A DNA stretch of 64,000 nt, taken from positions 32,001 to 96,000 of IMG/VR virus record IMGVR_UViG_3300028045_000008. One strand, 5' to 3'. Below are positions 37,534-47,279 of this stretch, piece by piece. The stretch's first letter is position 1, and each line of letters begins with the position of its first letter. The stretch comes from a virus. The position numbers and the translations under genes are program-made. The notes under the pieces were generated by a model. It was given only the letters and a program-made list of their open reading frames with translations, had not been told where the DNA came from and made no database searches.

Positions 37534-38433
37534 GTGGTCACCTCATCAACATCCTCGAAAATAGACAAACATGTCCACTATCATGAAAAGGTGGTAATCG
37601 GTTCAGGATTGAATTCTTTGCTGTATGCTTTTCTGGGTGGGCATTCCTGTATTTATGTTGGTGGAACCCCTCCATTTCGATTTGATTACGATGCGGAGTT
37701 CGGTAGAATGGGGCTCCTTGGCGTAAAGTCTGGAAATTTGCGTCAAATCTGGGAAAGGTTAATCTTGGCCCTATCTCTCGGCGGCCAACTCCCCATGGCA
37801 AATAAAACCTATTCGATAAATATACAAGATAACGTGATAAAAGCTTTCACCAACAATTCCAGACTAGGTAGGTTTCATTTTGATAAGCTTGTTATATTTG
37901 ATGACAAGCTGCTCCGCGGCCTTCCCCCGATTACACGACGAGTGTCTGGAAAATCAAAGGTGATAGATTGGTACGACGTTCGTTCGGGCATGGAGCACGA
38001 GCATGACTTTTTCGAGACAGCAGAAGATTTTGTAAAAGAAATATACTTCTATCCATCCGATAGGTTTGGAAATCAGAAATCCGATAGAGTCAGAAAAGAC
38101 CTGGTAGCAGTATCTTATTTAGAAGAGGATCAAATAAAGAATTTCGAATTCTCAGACACAATGGCTAAATTTAAGATTCTGAAAATCATGAAAGAACTCG
38201 GAATAAAGGGCGCCCGAAACGGAAGGGACACATATAACCCAAATATATATCGATATTACTCTCCGAAAATCGAATCCGTCGAGAGACAAGTCATACCAAA
38301 CGTAAGAAACTACTACCAGCAAGATGATAGATTTGAGTTTCGCTACGATACACCGAAAGAAATTTTAGAGAACTTTGAAAACAATCCAAACACATATTCT
38401 TTTAAAATAAGTGAGTTTTTTGTTGACAAATAG
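37534..38433 (+). CDS. Hypothetical protein with Rossmann-like N-terminus
   Basis: VVIGSGLNSL near the N-terminus. Confidence 0.5.
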   Translation: MVTSSTSSKIDKHVHYHEKVVIGSGLNSLLYAFLGGHSCIYVGGTPPFRFDYDAEFGRMGLLGVKSGNLRQIWERLILALSLGGQLPMANKTYSINIQDNVIKAFTNNSRLGRFHFDKLVIFDDKLLRGLPPITRRVSGKSKVIDWYDVRSGMEHEHDFFETAEDFVKEIYFYPSDRFGNQKSDRVRKDLVAVSYLEEDQIKNFEFSDTMAKFKILKIMKELGIKGARNGRDTYNPNIYRYYSPKIESVERQVIPNVRNYYQQDDRFEFRYDTPKEILENFENNPNTYSFKISEFFVDK

Positions 38434-38451
38434 ACGAGGCTGTGATATACT
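38423..38451 (+). promoter_or_regulatory. Sigma70-type promoter
   Basis: TTGACA-N17-TATACT with TG. Confidence 0.8.
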
Positions 38452-38473
38452 TTATTTGTAAGAGGAGGTAAAG

Positions 38474-38968
38474 TTGAGAAAATTTGCTAGATTTGTGGTT
38501 GACTTATTGGCCCTTCGGCCTATTCGAAAAATAGATATTCTACTTTCGATATTTCTCGCCATAATAGTGGGAACAGGCGCAACAAAGCTAGTAAATTTTA
38601 TGATACGAAGAATGCCGGAGCATATTCCGGAGGGCTTAGAGAGGGCGAATGACATACTTAGAACTGCTGATGGTCCTTTGCTATTATCGTTCTTATTCGG
38701 GGTCTGTGTTTTTGCCCCGATTCTGGAAGAAGTAATTTTTAGAGGAATTTTGTGGTGGCCCATTGAGAAACTAGTTTCGAGCAATGTGGCACTCGTTGTT
38801 ACTTCGGTGTTGTTTTCTTTAGCACACGTAGACCTTATTCATGTACTGGCTGTTTTCCCCCTGGGGGTCCTTTTTGGAATCTTAAGGAAGCGCTCAAAGA
38901 GTATTTGGCCAGCAATCATCGCTCACGCCGCAAATAATACGATGGCTTCTTTAAGTTTGATCTTTTGA
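38474..38968 (+). CDS. CPBP (CAAX/Abi) intramembrane metalloprotease
   Basis: APILEEVIFRG, LFSLAH and AIIAHAANN, with several TM helices. Confidence 0.9.
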   Translation: MRKFARFVVDLLALRPIRKIDILLSIFLAIIVGTGATKLVNFMIRRMPEHIPEGLERANDILRTADGPLLLSFLFGVCVFAPILEEVIFRGILWWPIEKLVSSNVALVVTSVLFSLAHVDLIHVLAVFPLGVLFGILRKRSKSIWPAIIAHAANNTMASLSLIF

Positions 38969-38991
38969 GGCACGGGTCACTACTTAGTGAC

Positions 38992-39192
38992 ATGGGACAC
39001 TTGGAAGACATAGGTGAGACATACTTTGAACACTTGCGCCACGCATTTGAAATTGGTTCCGTTCTGCTTCTATCTTCTTTCGCCCAGCTTTTTCACTCTT
39101 TTGTTCCTGACTTTCATCCTCCTTATGGATCGGATGTTGACTCACTAATCAAGTTTCTGGAGTCGAAAAAGGCAGGAAACCGCCATGATTAA
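38992..39192 (+). CDS. Small protein, DUF6356-like
   Basis: HLEDIGETYFEHLRHAF...FHSFVP. ATG lies 5 nt after ACTACTTA. Confidence 0.6.
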   Translation: MGHLEDIGETYFEHLRHAFEIGSVLLLSSFAQLFHSFVPDFHPPYGSDVDSLIKFLESKKAGNRHD

Positions 39193-39532
39193 AAAGCCAA
39201 TTATAGTAAGAAATAGCAGAATCCCAGCTTTGTTGAGTTGGGTGATCAAAATATATGCAATCACATTGTTTCCATTTGTTTTTATTCGAGACCACGGAGA
39301 TGAGGTTACGATTACTCACGAAACAATCCACCATCATCAATACTTGGAAACTCTCGTTATAGGCTTCCCAATTATCTATCTTGCTGATTGGCTCGTGGGC
39401 CTCATAAAATACCGTGATTCAGAGAAAGCATATTATCAGATTCGATTTGAACAAGAAGCCTACAACAATGATCTTTACGAAGATTACTTAGAAAAAAGAA
39501 AGTTGTTTTCTTGGTTGAAATATAAAATTTAA
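39185..39532 (+). CDS. Small HExxH metallopeptidase-like membrane protein
   Basis: AITLFPFVF, HETIH and FEQEAY. Confidence 0.6.
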   Translation: MIKKPIIVRNSRIPALLSWVIKIYAITLFPFVFIRDHGDEVTITHETIHHHQYLETLVIGFPIIYLADWLVGLIKYRDSEKAYYQIRFEQEAYNNDLYEDYLEKRKLFSWLKYKI

Positions 39533-39551
39533 TTTATACAAGAGGTGAGAA

Positions 39552-40436
39552 ATATCTGCTTATCATCTATCGGGAATAGTTCCAGTTTCAGGTCAGCCAC
39601 TTGATTTCAGGATGGATTGGCACGATTCGATGATGCCGATCGCCCCAGACTATCTGGCGGTCGAACGTGCTGTGTACGAGTGCGCCTGGGCTGGCTGCGA
39701 GACTATTTGGATTGTTTGTAACGATGATATGGCGCCGCTGATCCGCCACCGGCTGGGGGAGTGGATTCATGATCCTGTTTGGATTGGGAGAAGGCTCGAT
39801 CCATATCCCTCCCAGACAAGAAAGCAAATTCCAATATTTTACGTGCCAGTCCGTGCAAAAGATATTGGAAAGAGGGATTGCTTGGCTTGGAGTGTTTTGC
39901 ACGGCGCTGTCACTGCTTTCGAAATCTCTGCTCGCTTGAGCAAATGGGTGATACCAACAAGAAACTATGTTGCTTTCCCTTACGGAGTTTATAATCCGGA
40001 GATCCTCCGAGAACACAGAAAAAATATCTCCAGTGCCAGACCGTTCATGCTAGCCCGCAATGGCAAGACCGTTCAGGATGGAGAATATCTCGGTTTTACC
40101 TTTGATAAAGACGATTTTGTGGCATCGCGCCGAAAGATTCGCGAGGGCACAGGGAAATATAATTCCAAAGTTCTAGAAGACGGCTTATATCCCAGGGAGA
40201 AGCTGCCAAAAGAAGAAAGATACTCTGCGCGCTATTTTTCCCTTGACAAAATCTTCAAATCTGTTATAATAGATATAGAAAACAAAGTAGAAGTCCCATG
40301 GTATCACAACATAGATTCTTGGGATGGTTATTGCAATTACTTGGGATCAGAAGAGCGAAAGCTGGTTGAAAGACCTCACCCAATCTTTATGAAATACCAC
40401 GAATGGAATGAAATAGGAGTTGATGATGAAAGCTGA
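39552..40436 (+). CDS. Sugar-phosphate nucleotidyltransferase-like (GT-A fold) protein
   Basis: In-frame upstream extension HLSGIVPVSG, then MMPI and ECAWAGCETIWIV. Probable ATA start at 39552; first ATG is at 39612. Confidence 0.5.
   Translation: MSAYHLSGIVPVSGQPLDFRMDWHDSMMPIAPDYLAVERAVYECAWAGCETIWIVCNDDMAPLIRHRLGEWIHDPVWIGRRLDPYPSQTRKQIPIFYVPVRAKDIGKRDCLAWSVLHGAVTAFEISARLSKWVIPTRNYVAFPYGVYNPEILREHRKNISSARPFMLARNGKTVQDGEYLGFTFDKDDFVASRRKIREGTGKYNSKVLEDGLYPREKLPKEERYSARYFSLDKIFKSVIIDIENKVEVPWYHNIDSWDGYCNYLGSEERKLVERPHPIFMKYHEWNEIGVDDES
40243..40270 (+). promoter_or_regulatory. Sigma70-type promoter (intragenic)
   Basis: TTGACA-N16-TATAAT with TG. Confidence 0.6.
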
Positions 40437-41001
40437 GAATTTGAGGGAAGCCAGGCAGATAGAGCAATATGGGCTCACTGGAGATCCAAAAGAGGGCCGC
40501 GGCGCCTGTTGGCTCCCAGACGCCGCATTCTTGGGTGGCGAACCCATAGAGCTTAAGACGGGCCAAAGAAGGCGCCGCAAGGATGGCTCATGGGGGTCAG
40601 GCCAATTCTCTACAACCAGAAATTATACCTTGAGGTGCCTCAATTCGAATGCATATGCCAAAAATGTACATTGGGTGCTGACATATTATGATAAAAATAA
40701 TGACAGCCAGTTCTATGAGCATTGGTATTGCGCACCAGGCTGGCTTGAGGGATGGCAAAAACAACAACAGTTCAAATTAATGTACGGTAAAGAGACTCGT
40801 CTGAAAGAACTGCTGCATGCTGCAGGCCCAACTGACCTACGCGACATTCTTATTAGGAAAATTCACCTGAATGATCCAAAGATTTCCTCGACATACATCG
40901 AGAATAATCCCCTGTGCGTTCAATTCGATGGCACACCAGAGGGATTATTGGAAGCGAAAGAAAAACTAGAAATAGGAGTAGATGATGAAACTAATGAGTA
41001 A
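40420..41001 (+). CDS. Hypothetical protein
   Basis: 193 aa ORF with AGGAG RBS. Confidence 0.55.
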   Translation: MMMKAENLREARQIEQYGLTGDPKEGRGACWLPDAAFLGGEPIELKTGQRRRRKDGSWGSGQFSTTRNYTLRCLNSNAYAKNVHWVLTYYDKNNDSQFYEHWYCAPGWLEGWQKQQQFKLMYGKETRLKELLHAAGPTDLRDILIRKIHLNDPKISSTYIENNPLCVQFDGTPEGLLEAKEKLEIGVDDETNE

Positions 41002-41170
41002 CACAAAAAAGCAGTTGGTGATTTTGCTAGAGGGGCATCAGCACAAGCTGTCGACTATTCAGATGTCCGCAGGGCGCTTGCGAAAAGAGATTTTTGATTT
41101 GAATCTTGACGCGGAAACACGACAAAAAGTCATTGCCAAGATTGATAAACATATTGACAATTTAGCTTAG
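40982..41170 (+). CDS. Hypothetical protein
   Basis: Short ORF with AGGAG RBS, overlapping the upstream stop. Confidence 0.5.
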   Translation: MMKLMSNTKKQLVILLEGHQHKLSTIQMSAGRLRKEIFDLNLDAETRQKVIAKIDKHIDNLA

Positions 41171-41179
41171 GGAATATCA

Positions 41180-44100
41180 ATGAAAAAAAAGAACACCACT
41201 ATTCCGTTTGTGGGTCTTCATGCGCATTCCGTAGCTGGATCCATTTTCGATGCCCTGGGATATCCCCAAGAACATATGGACTTTGCCTATGAAAATGGTA
41301 TGGATGCCTTGGCCCTCACGGATCATGGAAATTTAAATGGCCTTCCCCACCAAGTGCTTCACGCCAAAAAGATGAAGGACGCTGGAAAAGAATTCAAGCC
41401 TATTTTCGGAGTAGAGGCGTATTTCCTTCCTTCCCTGGATGAGTGGAGGGAGGATTACGAGAAGGCCAAAGAGGATAAGAAGAAGAGGAAGACACTGAGT
41501 AAAGATGTCACTGCTACGACAGTGGAAGACGAGGAAGCCTCAAAGAAGAGTGTAAGAAACATTCTTAATCGCCGCCGCCATCTCATTCTGTTGGCACAAG
41601 ACCAGGAGGGCTTGAATAACCTTTTCGCAATGATCTCAGAATCCTTTGGTCCGGATAATTATTATCGCTACCCTCGTGTCGATTACAAGACTCTAAAAAA
41701 GTATTCTAAGGGCGTCATAGGCGCATCTGCTTGTCTGGGTGGTGTGTATGCTGGTAACTACTGGGAAAACCGCGAGGAAGGCGAGTTAGCGGTCCTTAGC
41801 GCCATGCGTGAGACTACAAAACAAATGATTGATGTCTTCGGTGACCGCTGGTATGGCGAACTTCAATGGAACAATATTCCAGAGCAGCACGAACTTAATA
41901 AATACATTATCAAAATGCATGAAGAGTTTGGGATTGAATTAGTCTCGACCTCCGACTCCCACTACCCAAACCCAAATGCTTGGAGAGACCGGGAGCTTTA
42001 TAAAAAACTTGGCTGGCTTGGCAAGCCCCGCCCAGGTTATGAGAGTTCTGAGCTTCCGTCAGGAGTCGAGGAGATTGGTTATGAGCTTTATCCCCGCAAT
42101 GGCAATCAGATGTGGGAGGCATACAAGAAATATTCAGAATCCTGCGGCGTTGAATACGATGACGATTTGGTGATGAATTCAATTACCAATACATATCGTA
42201 TCGCCCATGAAAGAATCGAAGACTTCCTCCCAGATAATACAGTTCGACTTCCAGACTTTGTTATTCCCGCGGGAGAGACAGCAGACTCAGCCCTCGAAAA
42301 ATTCTGTATCGAGGGCCTCCGAGGCCTAGGACTACACATTAAAGAGGAATATACTGACCGCTTGCGCATGGAGCTTGAGGTCATCTCTGATAGGGGTTTC
42401 TCCAAATATTTCTTGACGATGAATCAGGTTAGCCAGAAGGCAAATGAAGTGATGCTCGCTGGCCCAGGCAGAGGTTCTGCTGCAGGCTCCCTTGTTGCGT
42501 ATGCTCTGAATATTACGCAGGTCGACCCACTCAAATACGGCCTACAGTTCTCTCGATTCATGCGGTCAGACGCGACCGACTATCCCGATATCGATTACGA
42601 TGTGGCAGATAGTATGGGATTGAAGGAGATACTGATTAGAGAGTGGGGAGAGGATAAAGTTGCTCCAATCTCAAACTGGAACACTCTCCAGCTTAAGAGT
42701 CTTATCAAGGATATCTCCAAATTTTATGGGATATCTTTTAGCGAAGTAAATGATGTGACATCTGTCATGATGACTGAGGCCATCGGCCCAGCTAAAATGA
42801 AACACGGCATCAAGACTGGGATTTACAATCCAACCTTCGAAGAGGTGATGGAATTCAGTAGCACGCTCAAGGGCTTCTTGAGCCGATATCCACACGTAAA
42901 GACCCACGTTGAGGTTCTTTATGGTCAGGTCCGATCCTGTTCCCGTCATGCAGGCGGCATCGTGATCGGGGAAGATCTGAATAGCAGGATGCCACTCATT
43001 AACTCTGGGGGTGTCCGACAAACCCCATGGTCTGAGGGGCAAAACGTTCGCCACTTGGAGCCCATGGGCTTCATCAAATTTGATGTTCTTGGGCTTTCTA
43101 CTCTTAAGATGATTGACGGAGCGATCTATCATATTCTCCGACGCCATCATGGCATTGAGAATCCAACATTCGAGGACATTAAAAGCTTCTATGATAAGAA
43201 CTTGCATCCGGACGTGATGGATTTCAGCGATCAGAAGGTGTATAAGAACATATTCCATGCTGGGAAGTGGGCAGGAGTCTTCCAGTTCACTGAAGCTGGA
43301 GCCCAGAGATTCTGCCAACAAGCGAAACCGACAAACTTGATTGACCTCGCAGCTATTACTTCCATCTACCGCCCCGGCCCACTAGGCGCCAATGTTCACA
43401 ACGATTACGTTGAGGCTAGAAATAATCCACATCGAATAAATTTCTTCAATGACGAGCATCGCTCCGTGACGGAGGAGACATTCGGATTCCTAATCTTTCA
43501 AGAGCAGATTGCAGAATTGGCACATCGGCTTGGAAAAGATTTATCTCTCGATGAGGGGAATGCACTGCGCAAGGTCTTGACGAAGAAAGGGACAGGAAAG
43601 GAGGCTCAAGTTAAGAAGGTCTTGCGATCAAAATTCCTGGATGGGTGTGAAGAGCGAGGTTTACAGAGCGGGACTGGTGAGGGACTTTGGAAAACATTCG
43701 AATACTTTTCTGGCTATGGTTTCAATAAATCTCACGCCGTATCATATTGCATCATTTCATTCCAGTGTGCATGGTTACTTAACTATTATCAGGTGGAGTG
43801 GCTCGCAGCTTTTCTGGATAAAGAGCCAGAGACTCGAAAAGAGAGGGCTATCAATGTGGCCAAGTCTTTCGGCCTTGAAATCAAGAGCCTCAATGTTAAC
43901 TCATCCGGCCGGGTGTGGGAAATTTCCGATGATGGGAAAACCCTGATCCAGCCACTGTCCTCAATCAAGGGCCTGGGAGATGCTGCTATTGATCAGATAA
44001 CCCTCAATCGCCCGTTTAATACCGTGGAAGAGTTCCTGTTCAATGAGAGCATTACTTATTCTAAATTGAACAAAAAGAGTCTTGACGTGCTCTGTCGTAG

Positions 44101-44617
44101 TGGGGCCTTGGACTGCCTCGTCGACAAGAGGTTTACTGGCGCCAAACACTTTTGGACGGCAATCTGCATTGATCGCCCACGAAAGGAAAAGAATCTGATA
44201 GAGAACATTGAGAATCCAGTCTATTCTGAAGAAGGTGATTTTTCTGACGAGGAGAAGATAGGATACTTGGTACAGTTGACTGGGGTATTTCCTTTCAACA
44301 AAGTCATGAAACCAGAAATATACAAACAATTAAATGAAGCTTTTATTCCGCCCATCGCGAATTACGATCCAGAGCTTTGCGAAGTGGTGTGGTTTATTCC
44401 CCGAACAGTGACAACGAAGAGGACAAAAAATGGAAAGCCGTATTGGATCCTTGAAGTTGTCGATGACACGAACACCCTAACTCGCATTCGATGTTGGGGA
44501 GTACAGCAGTATGATAGGATTCATATCAATAAGCCATACATGGCAAAATTAGAGTATAACGAGAAGTGGGGTTTCTCGACTCGAAGCCTTCGAAGAAATT
44601 TTAGAGTTTTAGCTTGA
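41180..44617 (+). CDS. dnaE: DNA polymerase III alpha subunit (family C)
   Basis: PHP motifs LHAHS, LTDHG, GVEAY and SDSHY; GPGRGSAAGSL, PDIDYD, HAGG, KFDVLGL, YRPGP, FQEQ and YGFNKSHA. Confidence 0.97.
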   Translation: MKKKNTTIPFVGLHAHSVAGSIFDALGYPQEHMDFAYENGMDALALTDHGNLNGLPHQVLHAKKMKDAGKEFKPIFGVEAYFLPSLDEWREDYEKAKEDKKKRKTLSKDVTATTVEDEEASKKSVRNILNRRRHLILLAQDQEGLNNLFAMISESFGPDNYYRYPRVDYKTLKKYSKGVIGASACLGGVYAGNYWENREEGELAVLSAMRETTKQMIDVFGDRWYGELQWNNIPEQHELNKYIIKMHEEFGIELVSTSDSHYPNPNAWRDRELYKKLGWLGKPRPGYESSELPSGVEEIGYELYPRNGNQMWEAYKKYSESCGVEYDDDLVMNSITNTYRIAHERIEDFLPDNTVRLPDFVIPAGETADSALEKFCIEGLRGLGLHIKEEYTDRLRMELEVISDRGFSKYFLTMNQVSQKANEVMLAGPGRGSAAGSLVAYALNITQVDPLKYGLQFSRFMRSDATDYPDIDYDVADSMGLKEILIREWGEDKVAPISNWNTLQLKSLIKDISKFYGISFSEVNDVTSVMMTEAIGPAKMKHGIKTGIYNPTFEEVMEFSSTLKGFLSRYPHVKTHVEVLYGQVRSCSRHAGGIVIGEDLNSRMPLINSGGVRQTPWSEGQNVRHLEPMGFIKFDVLGLSTLKMIDGAIYHILRRHHGIENPTFEDIKSFYDKNLHPDVMDFSDQKVYKNIFHAGKWAGVFQFTEAGAQRFCQQAKPTNLIDLAAITSIYRPGPLGANVHNDYVEARNNPHRINFFNDEHRSVTEETFGFLIFQEQIAELAHRLGKDLSLDEGNALRKVLTKKGTGKEAQVKKVLRSKFLDGCEERGLQSGTGEGLWKTFEYFSGYGFNKSHAVSYCIISFQCAWLLNYYQVEWLAAFLDKEPETRKERAINVAKSFGLEIKSLNVNSSGRVWEISDDGKTLIQPLSSIKGLGDAAIDQITLNRPFNTVEEFLFNESITYSKLNKKSLDVLCRSGALDCLVDKRFTGAKHFWTAICIDRPRKEKNLIENIENPVYSEEGDFSDEEKIGYLVQLTGVFPFNKVMKPEIYKQLNEAFIPPIANYDPELCEVVWFIPRTVTTKRTKNGKPYWILEVVDDTNTLTRIRCWGVQQYDRIHINKPYMAKLEYNEKWGFSTRSLRRNFRVLA

Positions 44618-44642
44618 CACGATAAGGGATGTGTGATATATT
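44614..44642 (+). promoter_or_regulatory. Sigma70-type promoter
   Basis: TTGACA-N17-TATATT with TG. Confidence 0.8.
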
Positions 44643-44647
44643 AATAG

Positions 44648-44853
44648 AGTATACAGAGGAGAGTGTAATGAAATTTACGAACGTAATTACTAAGATTGAG
44701 TTTAGTCAAGAAGACATCCGAACCGCGCTAGCCGATTATGTGGATTTGAACCATCATCGCCCTGGTTTGGCAGATAGTATTCGCAAGAATAAATTTAAAG
44801 TCACAGAGTCTCCAAACGGAAACTTTAGTATCAAAGTACTCTCTGTAAAATAA
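44648..44853 (+). CDS. Hypothetical protein (start uncertain, probably at MKFTN)
   Basis: GAGGAG RBS before MKFTNVITK, downstream of the promoter. Confidence 0.5.
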
Positions 44854-44873
44854 GTTTTTAATTTGGAGTTTAG

Positions 44874-45875
44874 ATGTTACAAATCGACATTATTTTGGGA
44901 GTGCAGCATGGTGACGAAGGAAAAGGAAAGGTCACCCATCACTTATTGAACGGGGGAGATTATACTCACTGTATTCGCTACAATGGAGGCTGCAACGCTG
45001 GTCACACAATCTATCATAACGGGAAAAAGTTCGTCACACACCATATTCCGGCCGGCGTCTTCTTTGGAGTAAAAAGTATAATTGGCCCAGGATGTATCGT
45101 TGATATTGATAAATTCTTTGAAGAGATCCAGATGCTGAGGGATGGCGGAATCGACGTCGATAGCAAAATATTTATTGCTAAAAATGCACACGTCATACAG
45201 GGGAAGCACACCGACGCTGACGCGAATGAGATTCGCCTAGGCACCACCAGGACGGGCAATGGTCCGTGCTATAGCGATAAGTATGCCAGGGTTGGTTCGC
45301 GCGCAGAATCGTTTGCTCGCCTTGTGCCTTACCTCGTCGATATGTACGAGGAATTTTATATTGCGAACAGTAACGCTACAGTTTTGTGCGAAGGGGCCCA
45401 GGGCTTCGCTCTCGACGTCGATTGGGGAGACTATCCGTATGTCACCAGCAGCCATTGTACTACAGCCGGAGCCCTCCTGAACGGTTTCCCTCCCAAGTCA
45501 ATACGGAGTGTTTATGGTGTTGCAAAAGTATACGAAACTTATGTCGGTTCAAAGAATTTCCAGCCAAGCAGAGAGGTATTCGAAAAGATTCAGGCTGTCG
45601 GTAAAGAATATGGAGCCACTACTGGCCGAAGACGCCAATGTAACTGGATGAATTTGAGCACCCTAAACCGAGCCTTGAAGATAAACGGAGTGGATCACCT
45701 AATAATCAACAAACTTGATGTGTTAGAGGAGGTCGGAGAATGGGCCGTAGAAATCGGATATCCGGAAAACAGTTCTATGTTATCTTTCTGTAACAAAGAT
45801 CAGTTCTGTGATTACATTACTCGATATTTTGACGGAGTGGATATTACTTTTTCCTCAAGTCCGGAGAGAATCTGA
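44874..45875 (+). CDS. purA: Adenylosuccinate synthetase
   Basis: QHGDEGKGK, GGCNAGHT, GTTRTGNGP, EGAQG, YPYVTSS, EYGATTGRRR and NKLDVL. Confidence 0.93.
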   Translation: MLQIDIILGVQHGDEGKGKVTHHLLNGGDYTHCIRYNGGCNAGHTIYHNGKKFVTHHIPAGVFFGVKSIIGPGCIVDIDKFFEEIQMLRDGGIDVDSKIFIAKNAHVIQGKHTDADANEIRLGTTRTGNGPCYSDKYARVGSRAESFARLVPYLVDMYEEFYIANSNATVLCEGAQGFALDVDWGDYPYVTSSHCTTAGALLNGFPPKSIRSVYGVAKVYETYVGSKNFQPSREVFEKIQAVGKEYGATTGRRRQCNWMNLSTLNRALKINGVDHLIINKLDVLEEVGEWAVEIGYPENSSMLSFCNKDQFCDYITRYFDGVDITFSSSPERI

Positions 45876-46115
45876 GTGAGGGTAAAATATCCGACACTCG
45901 ATCTCCATGGCGAAGAACACGACCGTGCGGACTTCTTGATTGAAAAGTTTATCACAGACAATATCGATGAACTTCCGCTGAAAGTCATCACTGGATATTC
46001 TGAGTTTTTTATCGATAAGACAAAAGAAATTGTCAAGAAGCTAAATCTTTTCTGCTACAAAGAGAATTATACAAATGATGGTTGTTGGATTATTCTTCGT
46101 AGTCCATGGTTTTGA
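45876..46115 (+). CDS. Small Smr-domain-like protein
   Basis: TLDLHG...LKVITG...NDG. Confidence 0.6.
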   Translation: MRVKYPTLDLHGEEHDRADFLIEKFITDNIDELPLKVITGYSEFFIDKTKEIVKKLNLFCYKENYTNDGCWIILRSPWF

Positions 46116-46152
46116 GAGAGTGAGAAAATAATGATTATTGTTAATTTAAATC

Positions 46153-46181
46153 TTGACACATCATGCAGGGTATGTTATATT
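46153..46181 (+). promoter_or_regulatory. Sigma70-type promoter
   Basis: TTGACA-N17-TATATT with TG. Confidence 0.8.
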
Positions 46182-46314
46182 ATAAGAACAAATGAGAGAG
46201 GTGACCAGAAACAGAGAAAACAAATGGGTAACAGTGTGATCCCAGGGTGAGTCCGATATCGGCTCCGAAACAACACTAAAACAATATTAGTTATTTAAAT
46301 AGGAGAAAGACAAT

Positions 46315-47253
46315 ATGTCTATTAAACTAAGTGGCCAGTTCGGCCAGCACCGCAAATCCAACTTGACATCGCAAATCTCTGGAGAACCTCCTGAGTATGG
46401 GATAGTATCTGTAGAAATTCAGGGGGATATCAATCGCGACACAAAAGCCAGCCTCATCAAGAAATATCTGAAGAATGGCTGGGACTGGAACAAGTTTGTC
46501 CCGATCAGTGTAGCTGTTTTCCCCGAAGAGCTAGATCTACCTGATCGCCTGCTTGACGGTGACCACCGAAGACACATGTTTAAGCTATGTTTTCAGAATG
46601 CTATTGAAATTCCAGCCCTATTCTACAAGCTCGGAAGCTTGGAAGAATACCATAAGTTATTTACTGAAATCAATCACCACAATCGAAAATCAGCCACAAA
46701 GGAGGAGGTTTTCGTGCATGAGTGGTACGCTGGAGATCAAAAGGCTAAAGAAGTCGTCAAACACCTAATTGCGTGTGGCGTGTGCGTGTATGGATCTATG
46801 GACCCTGGTGGCGTCATTGGCCTGGCGGGCTCCCCGGTAGTGAAAGTCGGCGGATTCAAGCGAGCATTAAAGCGTGGCCCCAAAAACGTCAAAATGGCAG
46901 CGGCGCTCATCAAGAGAACTTGGTCCCAAGACCTGGATTACATTCCAGCCGAACTACTGGAGGGCTTGGCCCTCCTCTTTGAGTTATACCCGTCCCTCAG
47001 TAGTTCTCGATCGGTAATTTCGGCGGACTTTGAAAGGTGGTTTACATCGTCTCAGGCGTATTGCGACCATAAGACCTGCGCCACCGACATGAAGACTCTA
47101 GGTGGTAATGTGGTCAATAAGGCCTCCGCATCAATCGCTTTGGGAATCGCTAAAAGGTACCGAAATTCTTCTTCTCGTCACCCGCAGGCTGCCTCGGCCG
47201 TCAACAAGAAACGTGCCATGAAGCTGTGTCTTATTCAAGAACTCTTGGACTAA
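46315..47253 (+). CDS. ParB/Srx-like N-terminal domain protein
   Basis: PISV...LLDGDHRR...LFTEIN..RK. Confidence 0.6.
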   Translation: MSIKLSGQFGQHRKSNLTSQISGEPPEYGIVSVEIQGDINRDTKASLIKKYLKNGWDWNKFVPISVAVFPEELDLPDRLLDGDHRRHMFKLCFQNAIEIPALFYKLGSLEEYHKLFTEINHHNRKSATKEEVFVHEWYAGDQKAKEVVKHLIACGVCVYGSMDPGGVIGLAGSPVVKVGGFKRALKRGPKNVKMAAALIKRTWSQDLDYIPAELLEGLALLFELYPSLSSSRSVISADFERWFTSSQAYCDHKTCATDMKTLGGNVVNKASASIALGIAKRYRNSSSRHPQAASAVNKKRAMKLCLIQELLD

Positions 47254-47279
47254 GGAGTGGCGCCTTTTTTGACGCCTCC

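Noticed and set aside
30321-44617. Inteins or self-splicing introns in recA, helicase, nrdJ or dnaE
   Set aside because: Lengths are normal, the ORFs are continuous and no splicing or homing-endonuclease motifs were seen.
44874-45875. PurZ (2-aminoadenine Z-genome pathway)
   Set aside because: It retains the PurA catalytic Asp (GDEGKG) and the GATTGR loop, whereas PurZ has Ser at that position. No datZ or mazZ was recognised.
46240-46272. Hammerhead ribozyme (TGAG-stem-CGAAAC)
   Set aside because: The required CUGANGA core is absent (AGGGTGA instead), and no stems I or III were found.
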